A model generated the notes under the pieces. It worked only from the letters and a program-made list of their open reading frames with translations, did no database searches and had not been told where the DNA came from. The position numbers and the translations under genes are program-made. A stretch of 62,631 bases of DNA, the filler included. It is 6 parts of 6 records of this genome, joined end to end, with 100 filler letters (N's around TTAATTAATTAA, not from the genome) between each part and the next. Parts side by side here need not be neighbours in the genome. Positions count along the whole stretch, not along the records: positions 9,605 to 20,396 come from SRR22947725_2629; 5 more parts are not named here. One strand, written 5' to 3'. Below, in pieces: positions 10,378 to 20,496 of the stretch; positions within the stretch are counted from its first letter, which is position 1; each line of letters begins with the position of its first letter.

Positions 10378-11082
10378 ATGAATATTAATGGTAAAAAGGC
10401 TATTGTTTTTGGAGGTACTTCTGGAATAGGTCTTTCGGCAACCCAGATGTTATCTGACAAAGGCGCTCAAGTCATTGCAGTAAGCCGTAACCCTGAAAAA
10501 TTGGAAAGTCTTCCAAAAAACGTAACTACACATAAACTTAACGTTTTAGACAGAGAGGCAATTGAAAAATTTTTTCAAGATCAGGGTGAATTTGATATTT
10601 TAGTTAACTCAGCAACAGGCGGGTCAAGAGCTGTTGGACCATTTCTTTCTATGGATTTAGATGGCTACAAGGCATCATTTGATAAATTATGGGGATATAC
10701 CAACGTAGTAAGATACGGCACTAAATTCCTGAAAGATAATGGAAATATAGTGTTAGTGAGTGGTTCTCCAGCAAGAAAGTGTCGTCCAGGCCAAATTGCA
10801 ATTTCATCAGTCGGTGGTGCAGTTGAGGCATTTGCTCGCGGTATTGCACCAGAAATAGCTCCAAAAAGAGTTAATATAGTTTCTCCTGGAATAATAGATA
10901 CTCCCATGAGCCCACTTCAGGGAAAAGAAAGAGACGAATTCTACAAAAACACAACTAACAGTAACTTAATTCCACGAGCAGGAACACCTGACGAAGTAGC
11001 TCAAGGAATAATTTTTGCAATAGAAAATGAATTTATAACTGGGACTACTATTGATATTGATGGTGGTTGGTTAATATCTTAA
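10378..11082 (+). CDS. Short-chain dehydrogenase/reductase
   Basis: GGTSGIG, DILVNSA, RVNIVSPGIIDT, ITGTTIDIDGG. Confidence 0.9.
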   Translation: MNINGKKAIVFGGTSGIGLSATQMLSDKGAQVIAVSRNPEKLESLPKNVTTHKLNVLDREAIEKFFQDQGEFDILVNSATGGSRAVGPFLSMDLDGYKASFDKLWGYTNVVRYGTKFLKDNGNIVLVSGSPARKCRPGQIAISSVGGAVEAFARGIAPEIAPKRVNIVSPGIIDTPMSPLQGKERDEFYKNTTNSNLIPRAGTPDEVAQGIIFAIENEFITGTTIDIDGGWLIS

Positions 11083-11089
11083 AATTAAA

Positions 11090-11120
11090 GAAGAAGAGTA
11101 AAAACAAGTCACTCTTCTTC
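11090..11120. terminator. Hairpin between convergent genes (likely bidirectional terminator)
   Basis: GAAGAAGAGT-N11-ACTCTTCTTC. Confidence 0.6.
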
Positions 11121-11126
11121 AATTTA

Positions 11127-11831
11127 CTATATTAAGTTTAATGCGACTGGACTTAAAATAAAACCTAAAAGCCCACCAAAAAAACCTCCCCATACAACAA
11201 GCCAACCTAAGTGTTCTTTTATCATTCTTTGAATAATATCTTTAATATCTTTGGGGGTTAAATCAGCTAATCTTGAATCTAAAATATTTTCAATTTTTTT
11301 GATCAAGCTTTCTGAAGAATTGTTAGCCTGATCATTTTTACCATTTTCATGAATAAATTCATCAATAATAATTCTCAGCTTTTTAACAACAGGCTCTTTT
11401 AAAGGATCTAAGGCCTTTCTTCCACCAACCATCGCTAGCATACCACCTAATTGTGAACTTTCAATAGCCTCTACTAAACCAAGAAACACCCTATCAAAGT
11501 CTATTTTTTCAATAAGCTTTTCAGAAACACCATTCTTATTTTCTAATAGAAACTTTTTTATCTGATCTTCTGAAAACAGTTCTTGCAGTATTAGATTTTT
11601 TAAGCCTAGTTTAATATCTTCAAACCTATCAAGTATTACACCTGACCCATATAAAAAAGGGACTTTATCAAATAACATATGTACTGCAATCCAGTTAGTA
11701 ACACTACCTGATAATGCAAATACACCTGTCATAAGAATAAACGAATATTGATCTTTGTAAAAAAGGCCAATCGAGATTATCAACAACGAAACTAAGTTTG
11801 TAATTAAAGATTTGTTCATATTAATATTCAC
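11127..11831 (-). CDS. DUF445/YheB-like membrane protein
   Basis: FALSGSVTNWIAVHMLF.KVP.LYGSGVI, EHLGWLVVWGGFFGG. Confidence 0.8.
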   Translation of the reverse strand: MNINMNKSLITNLVSLLIISIGLFYKDQYSFILMTGVFALSGSVTNWIAVHMLFDKVPFLYGSGVILDRFEDIKLGLKNLILQELFSEDQIKKFLLENKNGVSEKLIEKIDFDRVFLGLVEAIESSQLGGMLAMVGGRKALDPLKEPVVKKLRIIIDEFIHENGKNDQANNSSESLIKKIENILDSRLADLTPKDIKDIIQRMIKEHLGWLVVWGGFFGGLLGFILSPVALNLI

Positions 11832-11846
11832 CTAAGATATTTTAAA

Positions 11847-12704
11847 TTATAACTTTGGCGCTGCAATTATTGGATTTCTTAATACGCCTAACATTCCAAT
11901 ATCAACCTCAACAATATCACCCGGAACCATATACACTGGAGGTTTTCTTTTATCACCTACTCCACCAGGTGTACCAGTAACAATTACATCACCAGAAGAC
12001 AATGCCGTAAATTCAGATATATAACTGATTAACCTTGGTATTGGAAATATAAGGTCTGCGAGAGTTGCCTTTTGCATTATGTTTCCGTTTAATCTAAGTT
12101 CAATTGGTAATTTTCTATAATCCCCTACTTCGCTTGGTGTAACCATATAAGGCCCAAAACCACCTGTACCTGGAAACGTCTTACCTGGTGTGTATTGCGA
12201 TGTATGTCTTTGATAATTTCTAATACTGCCGTCATTATAACATGCATAGCCTGCTATATGACTTAAAGCCTCATCCTCAGATATGAATCTTCCGCCTTTT
12301 CCAATAATTATTGCCATTTCTGCTTCGTAATCAAAACGATCTGAATTATCAGGTTTAATTAAAGGCTGCATGTGGGCAACTTGAGAGTCTGCAAATCTTG
12401 TAAATATTGTTGGATTATCTACATCTGGTCGACCAGTTTCTTTTTTATGTTCAACATAATTTAAACCAACACACATAATTTTTTCAGGATCTGGAATAAC
12501 TGGTAAAAATATAATATCTGAAAATGATAAATCTTTGTTTTTGCCTGCAATAAATTCCTCTGCTTGATCTTCCATATGAAGTGATATTAATTCTTTAATT
12601 GTATTAACATCTGGGTCAAGTTTACCAGTCAAGTCAATCACACCGTCATTAACAACAGCTCCAAATCTGGCTTTTCCTAATCTACTAAAACTAACTAATT
12701 TCAT
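11847..12704 (-). CDS. Fumarylacetoacetate hydrolase family protein
   Basis: KIMCVGLNY, FDYEAE, NDGSIR, GDVIVTGTPGGVG; start ATG 12704 (MKLVSF) follows an AGGA SD. Confidence 0.92.
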   Translation of the reverse strand: MKLVSFSRLGKARFGAVVNDGVIDLTGKLDPDVNTIKELISLHMEDQAEEFIAGKNKDLSFSDIIFLPVIPDPEKIMCVGLNYVEHKKETGRPDVDNPTIFTRFADSQVAHMQPLIKPDNSDRFDYEAEMAIIIGKGGRFISEDEALSHIAGYACYNDGSIRNYQRHTSQYTPGKTFPGTGGFGPYMVTPSEVGDYRKLPIELRLNGNIMQKATLADLIFPIPRLISYISEFTALSSGDVIVTGTPGGVGDKRKPPVYMVPGDIVEVDIGMLGVLRNPIIAAPKL

Positions 12705-12718
12705 TTTATTTCCTTTTC

Positions 12719-13558
12719 TTATGATCTCATAATAGCCTTGCCCCATAAATTAAGGGTTCTTTCTGTTTGAGGCCAGTTTTTTATCGGCCGACCATGAACC
12801 GTTTCTAATTCAGCTGAAATTTCAATCCAATTCCCATCAGCATCTTCAATAAAAACAAATAAGTTATTTCCTGGCCCATGTCTACCAGGGCCCCACATAA
12901 GCTGTATATCATGTGAGGCAAAGTGATCACACCATGTCTTTATATGATCCCATTCACCTGCTTCATAAGAATGATGATCTATACCTTTTTTATCTGACCT
13001 AAAACATGCTATTGTATGATGCTCATGATTAGACGTTGTGAAGCAGGTAGCAAGTGTACCATCTGTTTTTACAACTCTGTCAGTCACTTGAAAACCAAGT
13101 TTTTTTTCATAAAATTCTTGGAAGGCCTCTACATTAAATGAAGAAAAAGTTACGTGTTGTAATGGACCATTTATCCCATCAAACGATAATTTTTCATTAT
13201 CACTTAAAATACCAAAACATACTTGATTATCATCAGGATCTAAAATATAAAAAGATCCGGTTTTATAAATTTCTGAATCAAATTCTTTTACTTGCACTTG
13301 ATTCTGAATTAGAAAACTTTTAAATCTATCAAGGTTATTTTTACTTCTACAGACCATACCTACATGACTTAAAGTTCTGTCATTTCCTTGTGATATAATG
13401 ATCTTTCTTGATGGCCCATTACATATAATCTTTTTGTTATTTACTTTATTTAATTGCATACTCATGACACTTGAATAAAACTTTGCTAGACCAAGAGGGT
13501 TATTACTTTGTATTTCAAGATGGTGCAGATACAAATCTGCTTGAACCGCCGTTAACAT
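12719..13558 (-). CDS. VOC-family extradiol (catechol 2,3-type) dioxygenase
   Basis: Two VOC domains; metal ligands LQHVTF, IDHHSYE and WIEISAE; WGPGRHGPGNN. Confidence 0.85.
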   Translation of the reverse strand: MLTAVQADLYLHHLEIQSNNPLGLAKFYSSVMSMQLNKVNNKKIICNGPSRKIIISQGNDRTLSHVGMVCRSKNNLDRFKSFLIQNQVQVKEFDSEIYKTGSFYILDPDDNQVCFGILSDNEKLSFDGINGPLQHVTFSSFNVEAFQEFYEKKLGFQVTDRVVKTDGTLATCFTTSNHEHHTIACFRSDKKGIDHHSYEAGEWDHIKTWCDHFASHDIQLMWGPGRHGPGNNLFVFIEDADGNWIEISAELETVHGRPIKNWPQTERTLNLWGKAIMRS

Positions 13559-13563
13559 TACTT

Positions 13564-14346
13564 TTAATCCTTACTTAAATCATTATTATGATAAGCCTCA
13601 ATTTCAAAAAATATTTTATTTATATATCTCTCAATTAATATTACGTAGCTTGACAGATTGGCATATATAGTTGGTTCATGCTCAGGACGATAGTCGCTAG
13701 AGTTAAATATTGAGCTCAATGAAGCTTCAATCCCTAATTTTTTATTATTTATTGAAATGGCAAAACCAATTAATCCTTTGTCAACTTGACCTTGTGTCTT
13801 ACAAAAACCTTTTTTTCTATCTTTATCCAAGCCTCTTATAAATATTTCTTGTTGTTTATTGTCCTTTAAACCTTCAAGATTTAAAATATCATTCAAACGC
13901 TTCCCTTTTATTTGCATAATAATTGCTCTAGAAGTTGCACCATAGAGTAATGGCATTAATCTACCTTTTTGATAGCTTGTATTATTCTTAAATGATGGAT
14001 ATTTGAAATCAGAAACACACATCACTTTATCACCAAATAGCCTTGCTAATATATTTGTGCTAGGTATTGGATTTTCATTTGCTAGTTTTTCAAGAAATGG
14101 TTCACCTGCTTGAATTAATGGGTCTGATAAATTAATAATACGATTAAATTTAATAAATGCTTGACCTAGTCTAAAATAAGAACCTGCTGCACTCTCCAGA
14201 AAATCAGCTAAAACCATTTCGCGAACTGTTCTGTAAATAGTGCTTGAAGGTATTTTCAACTCTTCTGAAATTTCAGCTACTGTCAGAGAACTTCTTTTTT
14301 CTGAAAATAAGTTTAAAATTTTATTAAATCTTTCAAAACCAGACAT
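13564..14346 (-). CDS. IclR family transcriptional regulator
   Basis: N-terminal HTH (LTVAEISEELKIPSSTIYR); G..MPL..GATSRAI effector domain. Confidence 0.88.
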   Translation of the reverse strand: MSGFERFNKILNLFSEKRSSLTVAEISEELKIPSSTIYRTVREMVLADFLESAAGSYFRLGQAFIKFNRIINLSDPLIQAGEPFLEKLANENPIPSTNILARLFGDKVMCVSDFKYPSFKNNTSYQKGRLMPLLYGATSRAIIMQIKGKRLNDILNLEGLKDNKQQEIFIRGLDKDRKKGFCKTQGQVDKGLIGFAISINNKKLGIEASLSSIFNSSDYRPEHEPTIYANLSSYVILIERYINKIFFEIEAYHNNDLSKD

Positions 14347-14361
14347 TTAAGAAAAACCTTC

Positions 14362-15825
14362 TCAATTATTAATTTGACTGAGACATGACTCTAAAAAATT
14401 TACTAAATCTTTTTCATTGGTACTGGCAAAAATAAATCTGTCAGGACGAATTATTAATGCATCACTTTTAAATTTTTTTAGTATCGTCTCAACTTTAGGA
14501 ATATCTATATTATCAAAAATTTTAATATCAAAAATTTTTTTATCTATTTTTCTATTAGTGATTAATACAGGTTCACTTGAATATAAAAAATCAATATCTT
14601 TTCCGAATTCATTTTTTAAAGAAGGAAATATTTTTCCTCTATTAGGATCTTTTGAAATTCCTAATCCTTTTCCAAGCTTAGGTTTAATAGTGTTCATTTT
14701 TATTGATCCATCAGGTTGAATGAAAACAGTGTCAGAAACGTCAGACCCGCCAATTGAATTCAGTAATTCTCCCATTTTCATTGCTGTTTTTATATAGTCT
14801 CTAACGTTAGGAGATCTTTCTGACTGATAAGTATCAAGTAACTTTTCATTATGACCTTTATTGCAGCACATAGTAATCTTCCACGCCAAATTTGATGCAT
14901 CTCTAATCCCCGCACACATGCCTTGCCCCATAAAAGGAGGTGTTAGGTGAGCGGCATCCCCTACTAAAAAAATACGTCCTTTTCTCCATTGTTTCGCTAT
15001 TGCAGATTGAAAAGTATATATGGTCTTTCTTTCAATCTTAGCTTCATCTGGAACAATCCATCGACTCAAAAATTTCCAAAGTGTTTTTTCTTCAAAGAAA
15101 GTATCCGCGCGTTCATCGTCCTTTAACGCTATTTCCCACCTTCGTCTCCTGCCTACATTTCTACAATAAGTTGCTGGCCGAGATTGACTGCAATATTGAA
15201 TAGTTCTGTCTGGGAGGCTCATTTTTTTTCTTTTTAAAATCACATCAATAACAGCCCAACGTTGCTCAAAACCTAAATGTTCCATTTCTGAATTAATTTC
15301 ATTCCTTAGAAAGGAATTTGCACCATCACAGCCAATTAAATATTTCGATTTTAAAGAATGAATTTTATTAGTTTTAGTATTTTTATAATTCACCTCTACA
15401 TAATCTTTTTTGTTAATAGTTTTATAAACTTCGGCATTTTGAACTATAGTAGCATTTTTATATTTTTTTAAATTATGTCTTAAGCTTCTCTCTAAATCTG
15501 GTTGATGAAAACGATAACTTGGATACCATCCATTTTCTGTAATTTTCTTAGGTCTTGGCCAATCCAATAATAATTCACCATTATCATCTATAAACTTTGT
15601 ACCCTTATTAATAATTAATTTTTTGGATAGGCTTTTAGTAATTCCAATAGTTTGAAAAACTCGCATTATCTCATCATCAAAATGTACTGCACGAGGAAGA
15701 TTGTATATATTTCCCTCTTTTTCTAAAATTAGAACAGAAACATTATGCATAGCTAATAAATTTGCCAAAGTACCACCAGTTGGACCTAATCCAACAATTA
15801 CAATATCAAAATCTAAATTATTCAT
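14362..15825 (-). CDS. FAD-dependent aromatic hydroxylase, MhpA (3-hydroxyphenylpropionate hydroxylase)-like
   Basis: GLGPTG, PRAVHFDDE, FHQPDLE, GCDGANS, GDAAHLTPPFMGQGMCAGIRDA, IRPDR. Confidence 0.88.
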   Translation of the reverse strand: MNNLDFDIVIVGLGPTGGTLANLLAMHNVSVLILEKEGNIYNLPRAVHFDDEIMRVFQTIGITKSLSKKLIINKGTKFIDDNGELLLDWPRPKKITENGWYPSYRFHQPDLERSLRHNLKKYKNATIVQNAEVYKTINKKDYVEVNYKNTKTNKIHSLKSKYLIGCDGANSFLRNEINSEMEHLGFEQRWAVIDVILKRKKMSLPDRTIQYCSQSRPATYCRNVGRRRRWEIALKDDERADTFFEEKTLWKFLSRWIVPDEAKIERKTIYTFQSAIAKQWRKGRIFLVGDAAHLTPPFMGQGMCAGIRDASNLAWKITMCCNKGHNEKLLDTYQSERSPNVRDYIKTAMKMGELLNSIGGSDVSDTVFIQPDGSIKMNTIKPKLGKGLGISKDPNRGKIFPSLKNEFGKDIDFLYSSEPVLITNRKIDKKIFDIKIFDNIDIPKVETILKKFKSDALIIRPDRFIFASTNEKDLVNFLESCLSQINN

Positions 15826-15864
15826 GTTAAACAAGGTCCGTTTTTAACTTCATATTAATGATAT

Positions 15865-16836
15865 TTATTTATTTTTAACATTTTGGTAAAGCCACGGACA
15901 ATCTATAATCATAGGAGATTGCTTTCCTTGTTCGGCCGTTTCAAGACGTTTTTTTCTAAATTTTAATCTTTCAACATCTGGAAGATATAATCTTTCATGA
16001 CCCCAAAAGCTTGGACCCTCATTTGTTTCATGGGGAACCCAGGTGCTTGGATCAATAATTCTACCACCCCAACCATTTTCTACAAAAAAACCTGACGGAG
16101 TATGAGCATAAAATGAAGTCATGTAATCGTTGGTGTGTCTCCCTAATGTATAGGCAATAGCATTTTCTTTAAATTGAAGAAGATCGTAACCTTGGCCAAT
16201 ATCATCCAGATTTTGATATTCTACCATAAAATGGTGAAACCCTTCTTGACCAGTTCCAATCATAGCAAAGCTATGATGCCTTCCATTCACATGAAAAAAA
16301 CATAATGATATTGGATCAAAACTATAATCACTTATTTTAAAGTCTAAGATATCTCTATAAAAGGGTATTAAATCATCAATATTGGAAACATGTAATACGG
16401 CGTGTCCTAAACCACAAATATCAGTTTTAAACCCTGATATTGGTCTTCCTGAAACAAATGGATCTTTATCCAAATGAGGTTTATAAACTAGTTCAATTCT
16501 GTTACCAGCCGGATCGTCAAAATATATTAATTCGTTAACAAATCTTTTATCAGTTAAATTTTTATTACCCTCTTTAACTAATATATTAATTTTATCTAAT
16601 CTATTTGCATAAATTTGAAGATCAGATTTTTTTTCAACTTCCCAGCCAAGAAAAGCTAGTGCATCACCAGGTTCACCAGAAATAGAAAACCTTTGTTTTT
16701 GATTATCCATTTTAAAGGATAAAGACTTTGAACTATTATCAATTTTCTGCATACCAAGATGTTTAACTGCAAAATTATACCAATCTTCTAGTTTGTCTGA
16801 ATTTACCCCTATATAACTTAATGCATTTATAGCCAT
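15865..16836 (-). CDS. Extradiol ring-cleavage dioxygenase, BphC/HsaC-like
   Basis: FDDPAGNRIE, LGHAVL, RHHSFA, FHHFMVE, LGRHTND...SFY.HTPSGFFVENGWG. Confidence 0.9.
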   Translation of the reverse strand: MAINALSYIGVNSDKLEDWYNFAVKHLGMQKIDNSSKSLSFKMDNQKQRFSISGEPGDALAFLGWEVEKKSDLQIYANRLDKINILVKEGNKNLTDKRFVNELIYFDDPAGNRIELVYKPHLDKDPFVSGRPISGFKTDICGLGHAVLHVSNIDDLIPFYRDILDFKISDYSFDPISLCFFHVNGRHHSFAMIGTGQEGFHHFMVEYQNLDDIGQGYDLLQFKENAIAYTLGRHTNDYMTSFYAHTPSGFFVENGWGGRIIDPSTWVPHETNEGPSFWGHERLYLPDVERLKFRKKRLETAEQGKQSPMIIDCPWLYQNVKNK

Positions 16837-17020
16837 TTAATTATACCTTAAATCAAATAAGACCAATTATGCATCATTTTAATAATAAAACAATATTTAA
16901 ATATAAATTTTATCGTATAATGAGAATTATATTTGTATTTTATTTAAATAGAGTTTGATTTATATAAATTTGTAGTTAATGATTTATTTACAAAAATAAA
17001 CTTAATCTGGAGGAATATTA

Positions 17021-18055
17021 ATGAATAAAATACTAGGATTATTAGCCACCACTATAATTAGTGCTGGTTTATCATTTAGTGCTTCAGCTGATAAAGTGAC
17101 ATTGAAGTTTCATACCTTTGTCCCAATGCCAGCAAACTCTAACGCTAAATTTGTAAAACCTTGGGCTGACAAAGTAACTAAGGAAAGTAATGGAGAAATT
17201 ATAACAGAGATGTATCCGTCCATGCAACTTGGAGGCAAACCACCACAACTGGTTGATCAAGTTCGTGAAGGAGTTGTTGATTTAGCATGGACAGTCGCTG
17301 GGTATACTCCTGGTAGATTTCCAAGATTATCTGTATTTGAACTCCCTTTTATGCCTTCGAGCGCAAAAATAACCGCTCAAGCAGTTCAAGAATTTGTTGA
17401 GACTGCTGGCGCAGAGGATTTAAAAGATTATAAAATTTTAGCAGTGCATGTCCATGCTCCTGGAATGATACATACTAAAAAAACACTCATAAAATCTGTT
17501 GCTGATTTTAAAGGGCTTAAACTGAGAGGACCAACACGTTCAGCAACTAATCTTTTGAAAAAATTAGGAGCTACTCCTGTTGGTATGCCAGTACCAAAAG
17601 TTGCACCTTCTTTATCAAAAGGAGTTATTGACGGAATGGTTGTGCCTTGGGAGATAATGCCTTCTTTTAAACTTCAAGAACTTACTAAATCTCATACTAA
17701 TATAGCTGGAAATAGAGGATTATATACCACTCCTTTTCTATTTATTATGAATAAAGCAAAATATAATTCACTATCTAATGCTCATAAAAAAATTATTGAT
17801 AATAATGCAGGTATGTCTCTAGCTAAACAAGCCGGTATTTTATGGGATGGATTTGAAGGTCCTGCAAAAAGTCTAGCTGTTAAAGCTGGCGGAGAATTTC
17901 ATGTATTGTCTGGAGCACCAGTAGCAGAAATTAAAAAAGCTGGAGATGAAGTCATTCAAGATTGGATTAAAAAAGCAAATAGCAAAGGCCTTGATGGACA
18001 AAAACTATATGACACAGCAAAATCATTAATAGCAAAATATGAGAAAACATATTAA
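17021..18055 (+). CDS. dctP: TRAP transporter substrate-binding protein
   Basis: Signal peptide; YPSMQLGG, YTPGRFP, FELPF, DFKGLKLR. Confidence 0.92.
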   Translation: MNKILGLLATTIISAGLSFSASADKVTLKFHTFVPMPANSNAKFVKPWADKVTKESNGEIITEMYPSMQLGGKPPQLVDQVREGVVDLAWTVAGYTPGRFPRLSVFELPFMPSSAKITAQAVQEFVETAGAEDLKDYKILAVHVHAPGMIHTKKTLIKSVADFKGLKLRGPTRSATNLLKKLGATPVGMPVPKVAPSLSKGVIDGMVVPWEIMPSFKLQELTKSHTNIAGNRGLYTTPFLFIMNKAKYNSLSNAHKKIIDNNAGMSLAKQAGILWDGFEGPAKSLAVKAGGEFHVLSGAPVAEIKKAGDEVIQDWIKKANSKGLDGQKLYDTAKSLIAKYEKTY

Positions 18056-18063
18056 TAAAAAAT

Positions 18064-18591
18064 ATGTTTTTTGATAAGTTTAATAATATAAAAATACGTC
18101 CAGATAATCAATTTGGGCGTATTTTAAATAACATATCTAGATTTTTTGCTATTTTTGGCGGTTTAGTTCTTTTAATAGCTGCCTTGATTAGTATATTTTC
18201 AATTTTTGGACGTGTTGTTTTTTCATCTCCTATTTTAGGTGATTTTGAATTAGTAGAGATAGCATGTGCTGTTGCTATTGGGTCTTTCTTACCGCTTTGT
18301 CATTTAAAAAATGGTAATGTAATAGTCGACTTTATAACGGCTAAATTATCCAAAAATAAAATTAACTTTTTAGATGCCTTAAGTTCTTTAATTTTTGGAT
18401 TAACAGCACTGTTTTTTAGCTTTCGTATGGTTTTAGGCGCTAGGGATATGTTCGTTTATCAAGAAGAAACTATGCTTCTAGCATTTCCTATTTGGATACC
18501 TTTCTTACCTGTTATTGCTTCTTTTTTTCTTTTAACTATTTGTTGCTTTTATACTTTTATAATTAAGGTTTTTAATATTGAGGGTAATTAA
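18064..18591 (+). CDS. dctQ: TRAP transporter small permease
   Basis: Four TMs, GDFELVE, GNVIVDF; lies between dctP and dctM. Confidence 0.88.
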   Translation: MFFDKFNNIKIRPDNQFGRILNNISRFFAIFGGLVLLIAALISIFSIFGRVVFSSPILGDFELVEIACAVAIGSFLPLCHLKNGNVIVDFITAKLSKNKINFLDALSSLIFGLTALFFSFRMVLGARDMFVYQEETMLLAFPIWIPFLPVIASFFLLTICCFYTFIIKVFNIEGN

Positions 18592-18596
18592 TTTAA

Positions 18597-19913
18597 ATGG
18601 ATAAATTCACCCTTGGTATACTAGCGTTTCCAATATTATTTTCTATGTTAGCTTTTAGAATCCCTATAGGCCTATCCATGCTAATTGTTGGCTGTTCGGG
18701 CACTATTTTGATTGCTGGATGGCTTCCGATTTTATCTCAAGTAAAAACAAGTGCATGGCATCTTTTTTCAAATTATTCACTTTCTGTGATACCACTTTTT
18801 TTATTAATGGGTAACTTTGCTGGGAAAGCTGGCATGAGCGAAGCGTTATTTAAATTTACTGGAGCTTGTTTAGGACACCGTAAAGGTGGTGTGGCTATGG
18901 CAGCTATAGGTGCTTGTGCTGGGTTTGGAGCAATTTGTGGATCTTCATTAGCAACTGCAGCTACTATGGGGAAAGTTGCATTACCAGAACTAAGACGCCT
19001 TGGATATTCTGGTGCTTTAAGCACAGGAACTTTGGCTGCTGGAGGCACGTTGGGTATATTAATACCTCCATCTGTTATTTTAATAATATACTCAATTTTG
19101 ACAGAACAAAATATTGCTAAAATGTTTTTGGCAGCTTTCGTTCCTGGTATTTTAGCTGCTTTAGGTTACATATTAGCAATAGCACTTTATGTAAGGTTTG
19201 TTAAAGGCTCTGGACCAACAAAAAATAGAGTTGGCTGGAAAGAACGATTTTTATTATTTAAAAATATTTGGCAAATCATTTTAATTTTTGTTGTGATGAT
19301 TGGTGGTATTTATTTGGGATGGTTTACGCCAACGGAGGGAGGTGCAATTGGAGCCGGCGGCACAGGTCTAATTGCTGCCTTAAATAAAAGCTTTAAATTT
19401 TCTGATTTAATAGAAGTCATCGAAAATACAGCCATCACTTCCGCGATGATATTTCTTGTATTATTAGGCGCAGAGTTTTTTAACTCCTTCATAGCCTTAA
19501 CCCAACTTCCAAACGAACTAGGCAACATTGCTCTAAATAATAACCTATCACCTTTGTTAATAGTGGCATGCATTCTAATTCTTTATTTGTTTTTAGGTTG
19601 CTTGATGGATAGCTTGGCTATGATACTTTTAACTATTCCTGTTTTTTTTCCTTTAATTATGACATTAGATTTTGGGATGACACCGGAAGAAACTGCTATT
19701 TGGTTTGGAATATTAACATTGATTGTTGTTGAAGTGGGACTAATAACTCCTCCAGTTGGATTAAATGTTTTTATTATAAACAAACTTGCTGGAGATGTTA
19801 GTATTTCAGAGACATTTAAGGGTGTTTTACCTTTTTTAATAAGTGATATTTTTAGAGTTATTCTTCTTTTTTCTTTCCCAGGAATTACATTATTTCTTTT
19901 AAGAATTTTCTAA
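18597..19913 (+). CDS. dctM: TRAP transporter large permease
   Basis: IPLFLLMG, GAICGSSLATAA, GGTLGILIPPS, GLITPPVGLN. Confidence 0.93.
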   Translation: MDKFTLGILAFPILFSMLAFRIPIGLSMLIVGCSGTILIAGWLPILSQVKTSAWHLFSNYSLSVIPLFLLMGNFAGKAGMSEALFKFTGACLGHRKGGVAMAAIGACAGFGAICGSSLATAATMGKVALPELRRLGYSGALSTGTLAAGGTLGILIPPSVILIIYSILTEQNIAKMFLAAFVPGILAALGYILAIALYVRFVKGSGPTKNRVGWKERFLLFKNIWQIILIFVVMIGGIYLGWFTPTEGGAIGAGGTGLIAALNKSFKFSDLIEVIENTAITSAMIFLVLLGAEFFNSFIALTQLPNELGNIALNNNLSPLLIVACILILYLFLGCLMDSLAMILLTIPVFFPLIMTLDFGMTPEETAIWFGILTLIVVEVGLITPPVGLNVFIINKLAGDVSISETFKGVLPFLISDIFRVILLFSFPGITLFLLRIF

Positions 19914-19915
19914 AA

Positions 19916-20143
19916 ATGAATGATGAAAATAGAAAAAATCTATGGCGTTTAATTCAACTAACTGGGGATTATCTAATAAATAAATTACCTAATCATCCAA
20001 ATCATCCAAATGGTAGAAATCCATACGCTCATGTAGCATTAAAAATTAAAAATCATTATGGATCAAGCTATAAAGATTTACCAGATGACAAACTTGAAGA
20101 CGTTAAATTATTTTTAGATAATATCAAAAAGGAAGAAGGTTAA
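19916..20143 (+). CDS. Hypothetical 75-aa protein
   Basis: Clean ORF 2 nt after dctM; HP.HP.GRNPYAH and SYKDLPD motifs. Confidence 0.7.
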   Translation: MNDENRKNLWRLIQLTGDYLINKLPNHPNHPNGRNPYAHVALKIKNHYGSSYKDLPDDKLEDVKLFLDNIKKEEG

Positions 20144-20155
20144 CTATTAGACTTA

Positions 20156-20396
20156 TTAAAGATATGATTTGACTTTGATTAATAATTCTTCATTTATAAA
20201 GCGAAACTGATCAGAATTTCTGTTTTTATGCCTACGCGACCCAGGAAGCCGTACCCCTTTAATTGCTGAAAGTTTTTGAAAAAAACCGTCACAATGCTCT
20301 TCCCAATTAGATCCTGCAATGATTTCTGGATTCATAGCCATAATAAACTCCCCTCCCTTTGGAGGACCTCCATCATTATTATCATTTTCTTGGGCC
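20156..20396 (-). CDS. Ldh_2 (malate/L-lactate/sulfolactate dehydrogenase) family, C-terminal fragment
   Basis: Frame open to the contig edge: AQENDNNDGGPPKGGEFIMAMNP...GVRLPGSRRH. Confidence 0.75.
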
Positions 20397-20496
20397 NNNN
20401 NNNNNNNNNNNNNNNNNNNNNNNNNNNNNNNNNNNNNNNNTTAATTAATTAANNNNNNNNNNNNNNNNNNNNNNNNNNNNNNNNNNNNNNNNNNNN
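20397..20496. other. Artificial contig linker
   Basis: N-run + TTAATTAATTAA + N-run. Confidence 0.98.
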
